A stretch of DNA of 64,000 bases from a virus (Duplodnaviria > Caudoviricetes), in the IMG/VR virus record IMGVR_UViG_3300020365_000001, one strand, 5' to 3'. This document shows, piece by piece, positions 19,901 through 28,023 of this stretch. Numbering within the stretch: position 1 is the stretch's first letter; each line of letters opens with the position of its first letter. A program made the position numbers and the translations under genes. The notes under the pieces were generated by a model. That model made no database searches. It was not told where the DNA came from and saw only the letters and a program-made list of their open reading frames with translations.

Positions 19901-22345
19901 ACTAGTCAGGTCAGTGTTATCATTTTTGAATTTATCATCATCAATAACACTGCTAGTATCTTCTAAGGAGTAACCATTTTGTGGAGGTCCAGCAATAGAA
20001 CTACCATCAGGCAGAACATAGCGCAGTTGATAGATTTTTTGGATGTCCTTACGACCGTCACGCTTTCTCTCAATGTAAGACCTAGTAGTCTCAGGTGTGA
20101 TTGCCGTCTGGTTTGCTACAATAGCAGCATGGAGGTTGTTGCCAGTCTTGACAGTGATATACCAACCATTGCTATCATACTGGATAGGATGTCCAGGTTC
20201 TCCAGGTGTCTTATAGCGAACTTCAGAAGTAACAGTGAGACCACCACCCAGGTTGTTGATACCTGTGATGGGGTTGTTTGCAGCAGCATTCTCAGGAGTT
20301 GTGGCGATCCGGATCTGATCGTTTGCTAGAGAGTCTGTAACAACATAGTAGTTGGTATCATACTCAATACCATCAGGAAGAGAACCAGTATCAGAGAAGA
20401 ATCTTACACTTTCCCCAGGGATGAATGTGTGGTTCTCTTGCAGGGTGATGATATTGCTGCTGATGCTACTGATACCTGCATTGGTACCAACCCGGTGCAC
20501 TTTCTTACCAGAAGGTCCAGCACCAGTCAGCACAGTCATCAACACCTCAGCGGTGCGGACAGTACCGTCGATGTTGACCTTCAACAGTTCACCAACTCTC
20601 TGTCCAACGGTGTATACACCGGTGGTTGCTGGAGGAATGCTGTCCCGCTGATTGTAGTCTCTCAGATATAGTTTGGTATCACCGGCAGCAGCAGTTTTAT
20701 CAACATCCAGTTTCAACCAGTTGCTGCTGGTCTCTTGGGTAAAGTCTCTCTGTGCAGGGAGAATACCAGTAATATAACCTTTGTCGTCCTTATTGAAAGC
20801 GTTCTGTTTGAAACCATCTGCCTTCAGAGCTTGTGCCCCGAAGTTAGAGTTAGAGTTAGTAATTGATGCGTCAGAACCTGAGTCACAAATAAAGTGAACA
20901 CCGCAACCCACCGCAAAGGTAGACACCAACTGAAGTTGTGCGCTGTTAGACGCCTTGATGTGAAAACTTTCGTAGGTTGGTTTATGCCGTGCTAAACCGT
21001 CTGTGTGCAGCAGAGTACTAGAACCCAGTGCTGACTGATCTTGGTATGTGCCAGTTGTGGGATTGTATTTTACAAATGCATTATCATCCTTGTTCAAGGA
21101 AACCCCAGTAAACTGGGCAAGCACCATAGATTTGAATCCAGTTGCCTTGGCACCATCAGCATGGAGACCATTGACACCAAACACCGACCGCACAGAGCAG
21201 TTGAAAATGTATGGGGAGGCACTTGTTACAGTGTCACTCTCAACGGTGACCGTAGGAGACAACCCACTAAGGTTAGGTGTAGCAGTGGTAGCAGGTGCAG
21301 TGGTAACACTGTAGGTAAACAGAGTGTCACTCAGAACCTGAGACACAATATGGACACCATCGTACTCGGTGCCATTGACATTGCTATTGCCAGCAACACC
21401 AACAATACTGATGGGAGTACCTACAGAGAGACCATGACTGTCACTGGTAACCACAGAAACTACAGTGGTTGCAGTCGCAGAAGAAGGATTGACACCAGAA
21501 TAGATGTCAGCAATCTCAATAGCACCAACCTGAGAGATAGCACCAACAATACGAGATTCATCAATGACTTTCTCAAAGTCACTGTTAGTGGGATATGATG
21601 GGATTGCCCGACCACTATTGTTACCATATGCCAGACTCAACTTGGCATAGTACATGTCCAGGTCGGTAAGACCCTTACCATCTACCAGGTTCGCACCATC
21701 AGCATACTCAAAGCAAGTGAGTTTGTGGTGGGAGAAGTTTGGAGTATATACGTTTGTTGTATAATCTTTGAAGATCCTATCTGCCGGGTCACCATCAAAC
21801 AGGGTGAACTCTCGGAAGTAGCAACCACCAGTTACTCGGAACAGAGCAGTAGCAGGGATGCTATTGTTAGCAGGATCTGGTACGTATTTCGGTCTAATCT
21901 TAGTCTTACGCAGGTCTGAACCCACGATAGACGTGCCCCGAGGCATGATGACACCACCATGAATCGAGTTGAACTGATAAAGAACGTTGTCGGAACTCTG
22001 GATATTGAAGTTAGAACCAACGGAAAATTCGTTGATACTAACACTACCGCCACTCACATTGGTGGTGCTACCAGAGGTGTCGATCTGGTAACCAGGACGG
22101 TTATCAATATAGTGTACACCAGGTGATACGACAATAGTTGTCTTATCAAACTTATCGTTATCCTTTCCAAGTTGGAATGAGAACCTAGCAGATTCTAGCA
22201 ATGCTCTTTGGATCGTCCTAAACGGGCGAGTCCGTGAGTTGCCAGTATTACTTACGTCATCTGTTGCATCCAGTTCCTCTGGATTGACGTATATAACATT
22301 ACCCTGAATGTTCTTCAGGAAATTTTCAAGTCTACTTAGGGGCAT
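16910..22345 (-). CDS. Large virion structural protein with C-terminal tail-collar-like domain
   Basis: MPLSRLENFLKN start; PFRTIQRAL; C-terminal PIGGIIMWSG...PSGWALCDG...NMPPYYVLAFIMR collar motif. Confidence 0.85.
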   Translation of the reverse strand: MPLSRLENFLKNIQGNVIYVNPEELDATDDVSNTGNSRTRPFRTIQRALLESARFSFQLGKDNDKFDKTTIVVSPGVHYIDNRPGYQIDTSGSTTNVSGGSVSINEFSVGSNFNIQSSDNVLYQFNSIHGGVIMPRGTSIVGSDLRKTKIRPKYVPDPANNSIPATALFRVTGGCYFREFTLFDGDPADRIFKDYTTNVYTPNFSHHKLTCFEYADGANLVDGKGLTDLDMYYAKLSLAYGNNSGRAIPSYPTNSDFEKVIDESRIVGAISQVGAIEIADIYSGVNPSSATATTVVSVVTSDSHGLSVGTPISIVGVAGNSNVNGTEYDGVHIVSQVLSDTLFTYSVTTAPATTATPNLSGLSPTVTVESDTVTSASPYIFNCSVRSVFGVNGLHADGAKATGFKSMVLAQFTGVSLNKDDNAFVKYNPTTGTYQDQSALGSSTLLHTDGLARHKPTYESFHIKASNSAQLQLVSTFAVGCGVHFICDSGSDASITNSNSNFGAQALKADGFKQNAFNKDDKGYITGILPAQRDFTQETSSNWLKLDVDKTAAAGDTKLYLRDYNQRDSIPPATTGVYTVGQRVGELLKVNIDGTVRTAEVLMTVLTGAGPSGKKVHRVGTNAGISSISSNIITLQENHTFIPGESVRFFSDTGSLPDGIEYDTNYYVVTDSLANDQIRIATTPENAAANNPITGINNLGGGLTVTSEVRYKTPGEPGHPIQYDSNGWYITVKTGNNLHAAIVANQTAITPETTRSYIERKRDGRKDIQKIYQLRYVLPDGSSIAGPPQNGYSLEDTSSVIDDDKFKNDNTDLTSDIDLRQGTSIIDASWSSNVGVITSKFSHNLRRGQIIEINRLQSTNNTDGTDNSGFNGLFEVLQIDDKKTFRVGLNTNPGGISTITTGTPYTRHDESVVGSGRTFSPYFVRKDYGNAYQVFNHQTVQEYKSGVQDGIYNLTMLEYGNIPEVSPYDIGKNRFAQNINDLRPDVDVDNPVDDPEPTVSYAVRDDIGFVQSNDRANSITRESTLAIIEDTGIGIGVTEATVSGTDISANFTVEHGFNSIKTVGSLTGGSNLGTGSGNAEFYFSVNLEGGTGKGATADVTVAAAGVISSLDVVDFGSGYSVNDVLTVKGVPFSASGTDATVTVTEIDNNVGDVIQVVGVTSTAYNGLQRITNVTDPKILMYEGTVSAASTGGFVYHVGIATAVSNIVHDSSSGIATITMNRDIGLRRGDEIVISGANSVYNGQFAVLDRIGYGSSLTVSIPSATSPNFNGPNCIAHSAGISNRSKGQTISIYGGVTTEISSGLTTSSTSITLQDNNKIRRGDYLQIENEIVRISNNAKNGIIRGCLGTNPEAHNQYSAAVKIKVLPVEQRRHSVIRASGHTFEYVGYGPGNYSTALPQTQDRVLDDKQQLLAQSVSSRGGSVVYSGMNDRGEYFIGRKKIDALTGEEKFTINAFDTTLATEIPPAVDFNDLTVKQNFYSLGNSSLVDIQLKGNRSGDVGTSVFVGINGSNQTAPTSSTDQIILNTTFEKGGYIGWVRTTDSSQPWKRFGPITVDQTDHFAFDKLALGAASAGSNALAVTGDSALTGDLSVSADFTSNTAVVGSAKVSDLTTSRVVIVGASGELEDNSGLTFSGNTLTANTLSVTNNATVGGTCTADTFSGNGITPIGGIIMWSGGSVPSGWALCDGNNNTPNLKDRFVLSSGDTYTAGTTGGSADAVVVQHDHTATSTSTSTVTDPGHAHTFDSHNDDNNDGNTLNDRSDNPNTRTMTSSTETTGITVATATTTAIANEGVSGSGANMPPYYVLAFIMRTA

Positions 22346-22377
22346 TACCTATTCCAGACACCATTCCTTCAGACTAT

Positions 22378-22488
22378 TTAGGGACCGTCATTATTATGTT
22401 TTCGGTAAAGGAGATCCCAAATATCGGTGTCTTCCTCAGGTGGTTCCGGAGGTTTGGGTTCTTCTGCTTTTTTGTCCTCTTCTGGCAT
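22378..22488 (-). CDS. Small hypothetical protein (36 aa)
   Basis: Hand translation MPEEDKKAEEPKPPEPPEEDTDIWDLLYRKHNNDGP; TGATG stop/start coupling to the upstream ORF. Confidence 0.45.
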   Translation of the reverse strand: MPEEDKKAEEPKPPEPPEEDTDIWDLLYRKHNNDGP

Positions 22489-22739
22489 CAGGAATAAACT
22501 AGTTCAATTTCCTCGTCAAGTTGGAGTGCAGTGTTAGTCAGTGTCCAAACGCTCATGAACTGATCTACGGTTTCGCATTCAAGTTCTTGAACTCCTCCGG
22601 CAGAACCATAGATGGTAAAGTATCGTCCGGGGATGTTGATTTCAACTTTGGTGACGTGCTGGTCATCTGTCCAGGTATCAACGTCGAAAGTCATGTGTTG
22701 GATGCGATTGAAACCATTATACCCTACCAGGCGTCTCAA
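22488..22739 (-). CDS. Conserved cyanophage hypothetical protein
   Basis: 83-aa ORF with ECETVDQFMSV motif; true start may be an internal Met. Confidence 0.6.
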   Translation of the reverse strand: MRRLVGYNGFNRIQHMTFDVDTWTDDQHVTKVEINIPGRYFTIYGSAGGVQELECETVDQFMSVWTLTNTALQLDEEIELVYS

Positions 22740-22966
22740 AGCAAGTCTGCTGTGACAGTAAAGTAAGCGTTTATGACGCCACCACCGCTATTGCGGATTA
22801 CGACAGACTTACCGTAAGGCATGGCATGCACAAACAGTTCTTGGAAAACAGTTCTGGGGGTGAGTTGAACGTGGATAGTGTCTACGTCAATCTTACCGCT
22901 CCAGTCTTCAGGGAGATCAATAATCCCATCAACGGTCACTGTGCCGCGAAATTCAACGTTGTTCAT
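22736..22966 (-). CDS. Hypothetical protein, paralogous to the C-terminal domain of 23001-23822
   Basis: IDLPEDWSGKIDVDTIHVQLT versus ITLPEYWVNLVYEDSITVSLT. Confidence 0.65.
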   Translation of the reverse strand: MNNVEFRGTVTVDGIIDLPEDWSGKIDVDTIHVQLTPRTVFQELFVHAMPYGKSVVIRNSGGGVINAYFTVTADLL

Positions 22967-23000
22967 AATAAAGACTCCGTGTACTATGTATTATAGCACG

Positions 23001-23822
23001 TTACTTGGTAATAGTGTTACGAGGACCTCGATATCGCTCGTCTAGAATGTTACGTTCTTCATCATCTGGTGCCATGAATACGTTGGGGTCAGGATAGTCT
23101 TCCCAAGTTTTGCCTTCATAGTCAATGATAAGAGGGTTGATGTCCTTCCTCTCACCATACACATGGTAGAAACAGTCGATGTCTGCTCCAGAAGCATTGC
23201 CACCAACATGCTGCAACACAATCTTGGTGTTGTCAAACTCCTTGACAATGATGTCCTGTTGTGCTCCAATAGCAGTAAGAGACACAGTGATACTGTCCTC
23301 ATACACCAGGTTTACCCAGTATTCAGGCAGAGTGATCTCATTGGTGCCAGTCAGTCTGCCACGGTGATACACAGCAACTTCCGGTCCCTCAATACATGCA
23401 TAGCGCAGTCGATGTCCTTCCTTTGTAGGGTGCTGGATATCGAATGACTTACCCAGAGCATCTGCTGTAGCAAATCTACTAGCAAGTCTACCCTTGTTCA
23501 GGCAGTCAACTTTGCCAGTGACATACACATCCCCATCAATATAAACAGCATTTACTGCCTCTTCCCCAATAACCTCAACGTCACCATCAACTTGCAGTGC
23601 CCTGCCTTTGACACCAGACTTGAACTTATCAATGTCCGTGCCAATGTTGACAGTTGCCTTAGCAAATCCACTGTGCTTACCTGCAATGACAGGTCCCGTA
23701 GCAACTAGTGTGCCATTGAAGGGTTTATCACCGTCTAAAGTCTCTTTAGCGGTGTCAAGTTTTGCTGGTTGTTCTCTACCAATATAGACTTTACCAGTCT
23801 CAATGTCCCTAATTCCTGCCAT
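23001..23822 (-). CDS. Baseplate/spike-associated structural protein
   Basis: KSFDIQHPTKEGHRLRYACIEGPE domain typical of cyanophage gp5-adjacent proteins. Confidence 0.7.
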   Translation of the reverse strand: MAGIRDIETGKVYIGREQPAKLDTAKETLDGDKPFNGTLVATGPVIAGKHSGFAKATVNIGTDIDKFKSGVKGRALQVDGDVEVIGEEAVNAVYIDGDVYVTGKVDCLNKGRLASRFATADALGKSFDIQHPTKEGHRLRYACIEGPEVAVYHRGRLTGTNEITLPEYWVNLVYEDSITVSLTAIGAQQDIIVKEFDNTKIVLQHVGGNASGADIDCFYHVYGERKDINPLIIDYEGKTWEDYPDPNVFMAPDDEERNILDERYRGPRNTITK

Positions 23823-24352
23823 TATTCTACAAGAGAGTTGATGTAATCGCCCAAGGCGGGCGGGATGAGTTTAGATTGTGGTTCATGGATGCGAACCATG
23901 TCCCCAATAATAATGTTGAATCCTTTTGAGTTAGACAGCAATTTGTCCGCAGCATTGATAGTTACGTTATGTCCTATCAACTTAGTGAAGTTCTTTCCTT
24001 CAAAGTGAACATCATGTTCTGCATGTAAGTAGATGTCACCCGTGCTGGGATCCGTCGCCTTCATGATGATGTCTTTTGCCATCACATTGAAGGTTCCCTT
24101 ACAATCAATATTGATGTCACCCTCAGACTTGATATTGATCGGACCCGCACCTTTTTGGATGAGGTTAGAACCCTTGTCATTTTCAGTGGCACGGAGTTCC
24201 CATCCACCATCTTCAAAGATTCGCAAAGATGCAGCAGATCCAGCAGCGCAAGCGATCTGGGATCGGCGAACTGCTTTTCCTTCCTCTTCCTTGCCGATTC
24301 TAAATGAACCATCCTCAGGATGATTTACAATATATGGTGGGATTTTTGACAT
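23822..24352 (-). CDS. gp5 C-terminal-like beta-helix spike protein
   Basis: Repetitive beta-strand pattern (INIKSEGDINIDCKG); coupled directly downstream of gp5. Confidence 0.6.
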   Translation of the reverse strand: MSKIPPYIVNHPEDGSFRIGKEEEGKAVRRSQIACAAGSAASLRIFEDGGWELRATENDKGSNLIQKGAGPINIKSEGDINIDCKGTFNVMAKDIIMKATDPSTGDIYLHAEHDVHFEGKNFTKLIGHNVTINAADKLLSNSKGFNIIIGDMVRIHEPQSKLIPPALGDYINSLVE

Positions 24353-26538
24353 TAGTACCCTTTAGGACAATCAATAACAGTGATAAGTTTTGCGCTAGGA
24401 ATGATAGGATCTGTATACTCTTTGTAAGGTGTGAACTTGGTGATTGGTTTGATAAATGCACCGAAACCAGTCTTTGTTTTGATTCTCAGTGAAGGAGGTT
24501 CAGACAATCCAAGGTCAGCTTTACCTGTTGCCCCAACAATTCTACCATTTTCAATAACTGGTGTCAATACACCACCATTAGAGGTCTCAATAATATCACC
24601 CTCCTGGTAATTATTTCCAGTATTGAGGACTACAATACCATCAATTTCACCAATAACTTGGTTACCCTCAGATTCATTAGTAATTTCGTCACTTACATCC
24701 AAGGTTCCTCCAGGGAGATAACCATCACCAGGATTAGTAATCACAACATTGACAACCTTGTCGCCATCCATGATAGCGATACCAGTTGCTCCCTTACCAT
24801 TCCTACATTTGTCAACAATACTGACAGCAGGTGTACTATCAAAACCAAGACCAAAGTCTTCCATTGAAGCACCAATAACCTTACCAGTAGAACTGACGAC
24901 TGCTTTAGCAACTGCGCCAAGTCCACCACCACCAAAGAACTCAATGCTTGGCGGTCCACACTCTAGGATGTTAGTCTTACAATTACCAGTAACTTCAGTA
25001 ATACCATCAACAACACTTGACACACCACCAACAATGCTAGCGGTGCTACCACCAAGTGCTGCCAGTTGCTCAGTAGTTCCCTTCAATGTATTGAACTTAG
25101 TCGCCGACTTGCCGAGGTCTCCCAAGAATGGGAACGCATTCTTCAGCAAGTTTGTCGGCGCATCAGCAATATCATCAACACCATCGATACCAATGTTAGA
25201 CAGAAGACCACTGATTGCTTTAGTTCTATCAAAATCAAGAATCTTCTTCGCTTCTGGTCCAATATTGATATTGAAATCAAAGGGTTGAGGTTCACACTCA
25301 GAACCTTCGCAAGACAGCAGTTTCAGAGCAGTTTGTGCTGCACCGGTTGCCTTGTTCATGATGCTGCTAAAATCAGGGATAGAAATCCCACCAATCAGAC
25401 CATTCAGTGCTGCCATCGCAGGACCAATAAGACCCTGAATCTTATTAGTGATACTGCTCATCAATGAACCAATCAACTGCTCAGCAGCACAAAGTGGTAC
25501 GTTGATAATATTACCCAACAATCCTTTCATGAATCCACCAATCATGTCTCTCAGACCGTTGATGACATTCTCCATCAAACAATAGATAATATCTTTCTGC
25601 TTCTTCAGTTCTAACTTCTTGATTAGGTTATCAGGTTCCAAGAAAGTTAGAACATTACCTACCTTCTCATCAATCTCTTTGAATAGGTCTGCACGTGCTC
25701 TACGAACAAGACCGGAGAAGTTGCCCGCCATTCTGAGAGATGTATCATCAATCAGATTCTCAATGTTGAACGGTTTATTCAGGTTCTTATCAATCCACCC
25801 GGTTGCGGTTTGCTCCAACCCACCAACAACATCAACAAAGGTCGCCAATGCCTTTGCGACATCACCCATGGCAGACTTAGGAACGTCGCACTTTACAGGT
25901 CTACGAATTTCAACCGGTTGATCAGCAATATATCGAGAAACACTTTCACCTAGTTGCTCATCCCCTTTTGGATTAGGTTCACCTTTAGGTTCAATAGGAA
26001 CTTTTTCATCATTAGTTGGAATTCCACCTGCCCGCAAAGGTTCAGAATCACCAGTTGGTTTAGATGTTGAACCCAACTCAGACTCTGATCCACCTTTTGT
26101 AAGAGACGGGTCAACTGTAATTGGTGAGAATCCAGAAGTACCTTCGGAAAGAACATCGTCCCAATCCTTCACATCCTTGATAAAAGAGTGCTGATATAAA
26201 GCACCCATAACCACTGGTTGTTGACCATCTTCCCCATCAAGGAAGAAACCAAAAACAGTTTCTCCACCTTGTAAGAAATTACTTACACCAGCATAGTTTA
26301 CACCGGCACCTGAGGTAGGTGGAACAAGGATATGTGCCCATGGAAGTTCTTCATCCTTTACATCATTTGATGCAGGATGCTTCCCAAGAATTCTTACTTT
26401 AGTACGATAACCAAATTTCCTAGATTGTTTATCCGCAGGAAATGAACGCCAGGCAGGATCTGTAGTTACCTGCCCGACAAACCAATGGAAACCATCGCGT
26501 CCAAGTCTTTTGGATTCAATCAGTTTATTCTCAAGCAT
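24352..26538 (-). CDS. gp5: Baseplate hub subunit gp5-like (OB-fold)
   Basis: GRDGFHWFVGQV...RTKVRILGKH...LPWA...VFGFFLDG OB-fold motifs. Confidence 0.85.
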   Translation of the reverse strand: MLENKLIESKRLGRDGFHWFVGQVTTDPAWRSFPADKQSRKFGYRTKVRILGKHPASNDVKDEELPWAHILVPPTSGAGVNYAGVSNFLQGGETVFGFFLDGEDGQQPVVMGALYQHSFIKDVKDWDDVLSEGTSGFSPITVDPSLTKGGSESELGSTSKPTGDSEPLRAGGIPTNDEKVPIEPKGEPNPKGDEQLGESVSRYIADQPVEIRRPVKCDVPKSAMGDVAKALATFVDVVGGLEQTATGWIDKNLNKPFNIENLIDDTSLRMAGNFSGLVRRARADLFKEIDEKVGNVLTFLEPDNLIKKLELKKQKDIIYCLMENVINGLRDMIGGFMKGLLGNIINVPLCAAEQLIGSLMSSITNKIQGLIGPAMAALNGLIGGISIPDFSSIMNKATGAAQTALKLLSCEGSECEPQPFDFNINIGPEAKKILDFDRTKAISGLLSNIGIDGVDDIADAPTNLLKNAFPFLGDLGKSATKFNTLKGTTEQLAALGGSTASIVGGVSSVVDGITEVTGNCKTNILECGPPSIEFFGGGGLGAVAKAVVSSTGKVIGASMEDFGLGFDSTPAVSIVDKCRNGKGATGIAIMDGDKVVNVVITNPGDGYLPGGTLDVSDEITNESEGNQVIGEIDGIVVLNTGNNYQEGDIIETSNGGVLTPVIENGRIVGATGKADLGLSEPPSLRIKTKTGFGAFIKPITKFTPYKEYTDPIIPSAKLITVIDCPKGY

Positions 26539-26750
26539 TACTCGTCATACACACGACATTCCAGGGCATCTGGATGATTGTCACAATATTCTTCAAGAAC
26601 TTTGTCTGAATGGCGTTGCTTCCATCCATCATCATCTTCCCCTTCATGCTTGTCCATAAAACCATGCATCTTGAGGTCTTCTTCGGAATATTCCAGCATG
26701 CCATGATTGACGTGCTCTTTACCGTCTTTGTCAATGAATGCGTTACTCAT
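26538..26750 (-). CDS. cp12: CP12 Calvin-cycle inhibitor-like protein
   Basis: C-terminal LEEYCDNHPDALECRVYDE is the CP12 signature; start set at Met 26750. Confidence 0.8.
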   Translation of the reverse strand: MSNAFIDKDGKEHVNHGMLEYSEEDLKMHGFMDKHEGEDDDGWKQRHSDKVLEEYCDNHPDALECRVYDE

Positions 26751-28023
26751 TAGAATAGAATGCGAATGAATCTCTAACAATGTAAAGTCCAGTAAAAGCA
26801 CCTTGTGGTCCACCCATCTCGTGTGCGAGTGAGAATACCATGTAGTTACCAGAGGACGGGTTTACACCTTCCTTATTCTTCTCAGTATTTAGGTTCGGGA
26901 ATTTGAAGTTCAACATGCTCCCAACTTGAATACTAAGATTCAAAGGTATTGTAACCTTTACAAATTCAGACATCAAAGACTGATACCTAGCAGATGCATG
27001 TGCTTGTCTCCAAGACACAGTTTCTGCTATAGTTTTCAGATCAGGAGTGTCTGACATTGCCCCCACGTCCAGAGCAGTTGTATATATCCTAGAAAACTTC
27101 TCATCAATTTTGTTTGGAACATACTGATCTTCGTTTGCACTAGGCAGTTTACTATCTTTGTAACTGTACTCTACAAAGTGTGGGGTTCGGTCAAGTATAT
27201 TATAGTACCAGTTTGCCGATTTGTATTGTCCCTCCATGAGTTTTTTGATGATATCATGACTTGTTATGAACTCAGGCGAACTAACCAGGGAAAAATTATT
27301 GACTTCAGCAGCAGACTTAGCAGCTGCCTTTATATACGACTCCTCCACCTCTCTCTTGAGTGCTTTGTCAACTGAGAAAAACCTATATCCACTGCGTTCA
27401 GTCTCTGCTAAGAAATAACCAGCACTACCTTTTTCAGGAGAAGTTTTTCCTTCAACATCTCCAACAGTCTTTGCAGATAACCTACTGATACACTCAAGAG
27501 GTCTCATGTAATTACCCATGAAATCATAGGTATTTGAACTTTCATCTACAATATCAATTCGATCGCTCTTTACCTCCAAAACTTCTTTGAAGATTTTTTC
27601 GACACTATCAGAAATCTTACCTTTATATTTCTTGAAGACACGTGTTGTCTGATTACTCAGTGTAGTTTGAGTAACACATTCAAAACCAAATAGTTCTCTT
27701 TTCGCATCAGAGAATGTAGAAATTATATTACTGATTATCAGTTCATTATTTTTACTCTTAGAAAACTCAAATGGTTCATCAATACTGGGGTGTTCAATAA
27801 CAAGCTCTACCTCTTGACCGCTACGGAGGGGTGCTGACGCTCGGAATCCTATCGCATCAGCAAACACAAAAGATACTGTCAGAGTGTTACCTGCACTCTC
27901 CTCATATCTGATTGCTAGAGATTGTCCCACCAAAGACTGAAGAGACCTAGCTCCATCGTCCGTAACAACGTTCAGTTTCTTGATGACAAAATCTTTAGAC
28001 CAACGCTTGTTCCTATTCTTCAT
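26743..28023 (-). CDS. Baseplate hub/tail protein (gp27-like)
   Basis: 426 aa; YKGKISDSVEKI, AGYFLAET..GYRFFSVD and SGNYMV motifs of phage hub proteins; synteny. Confidence 0.65.
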   Translation of the reverse strand: MKNRNKRWSKDFVIKKLNVVTDDGARSLQSLVGQSLAIRYEESAGNTLTVSFVFADAIGFRASAPLRSGQEVELVIEHPSIDEPFEFSKSKNNELIISNIISTFSDAKRELFGFECVTQTTLSNQTTRVFKKYKGKISDSVEKIFKEVLEVKSDRIDIVDESSNTYDFMGNYMRPLECISRLSAKTVGDVEGKTSPEKGSAGYFLAETERSGYRFFSVDKALKREVEESYIKAAAKSAAEVNNFSLVSSPEFITSHDIIKKLMEGQYKSANWYYNILDRTPHFVEYSYKDSKLPSANEDQYVPNKIDEKFSRIYTTALDVGAMSDTPDLKTIAETVSWRQAHASARYQSLMSEFVKVTIPLNLSIQVGSMLNFKFPNLNTEKNKEGVNPSSGNYMVFSLAHEMGGPQGAFTGLYIVRDSFAFYSNE

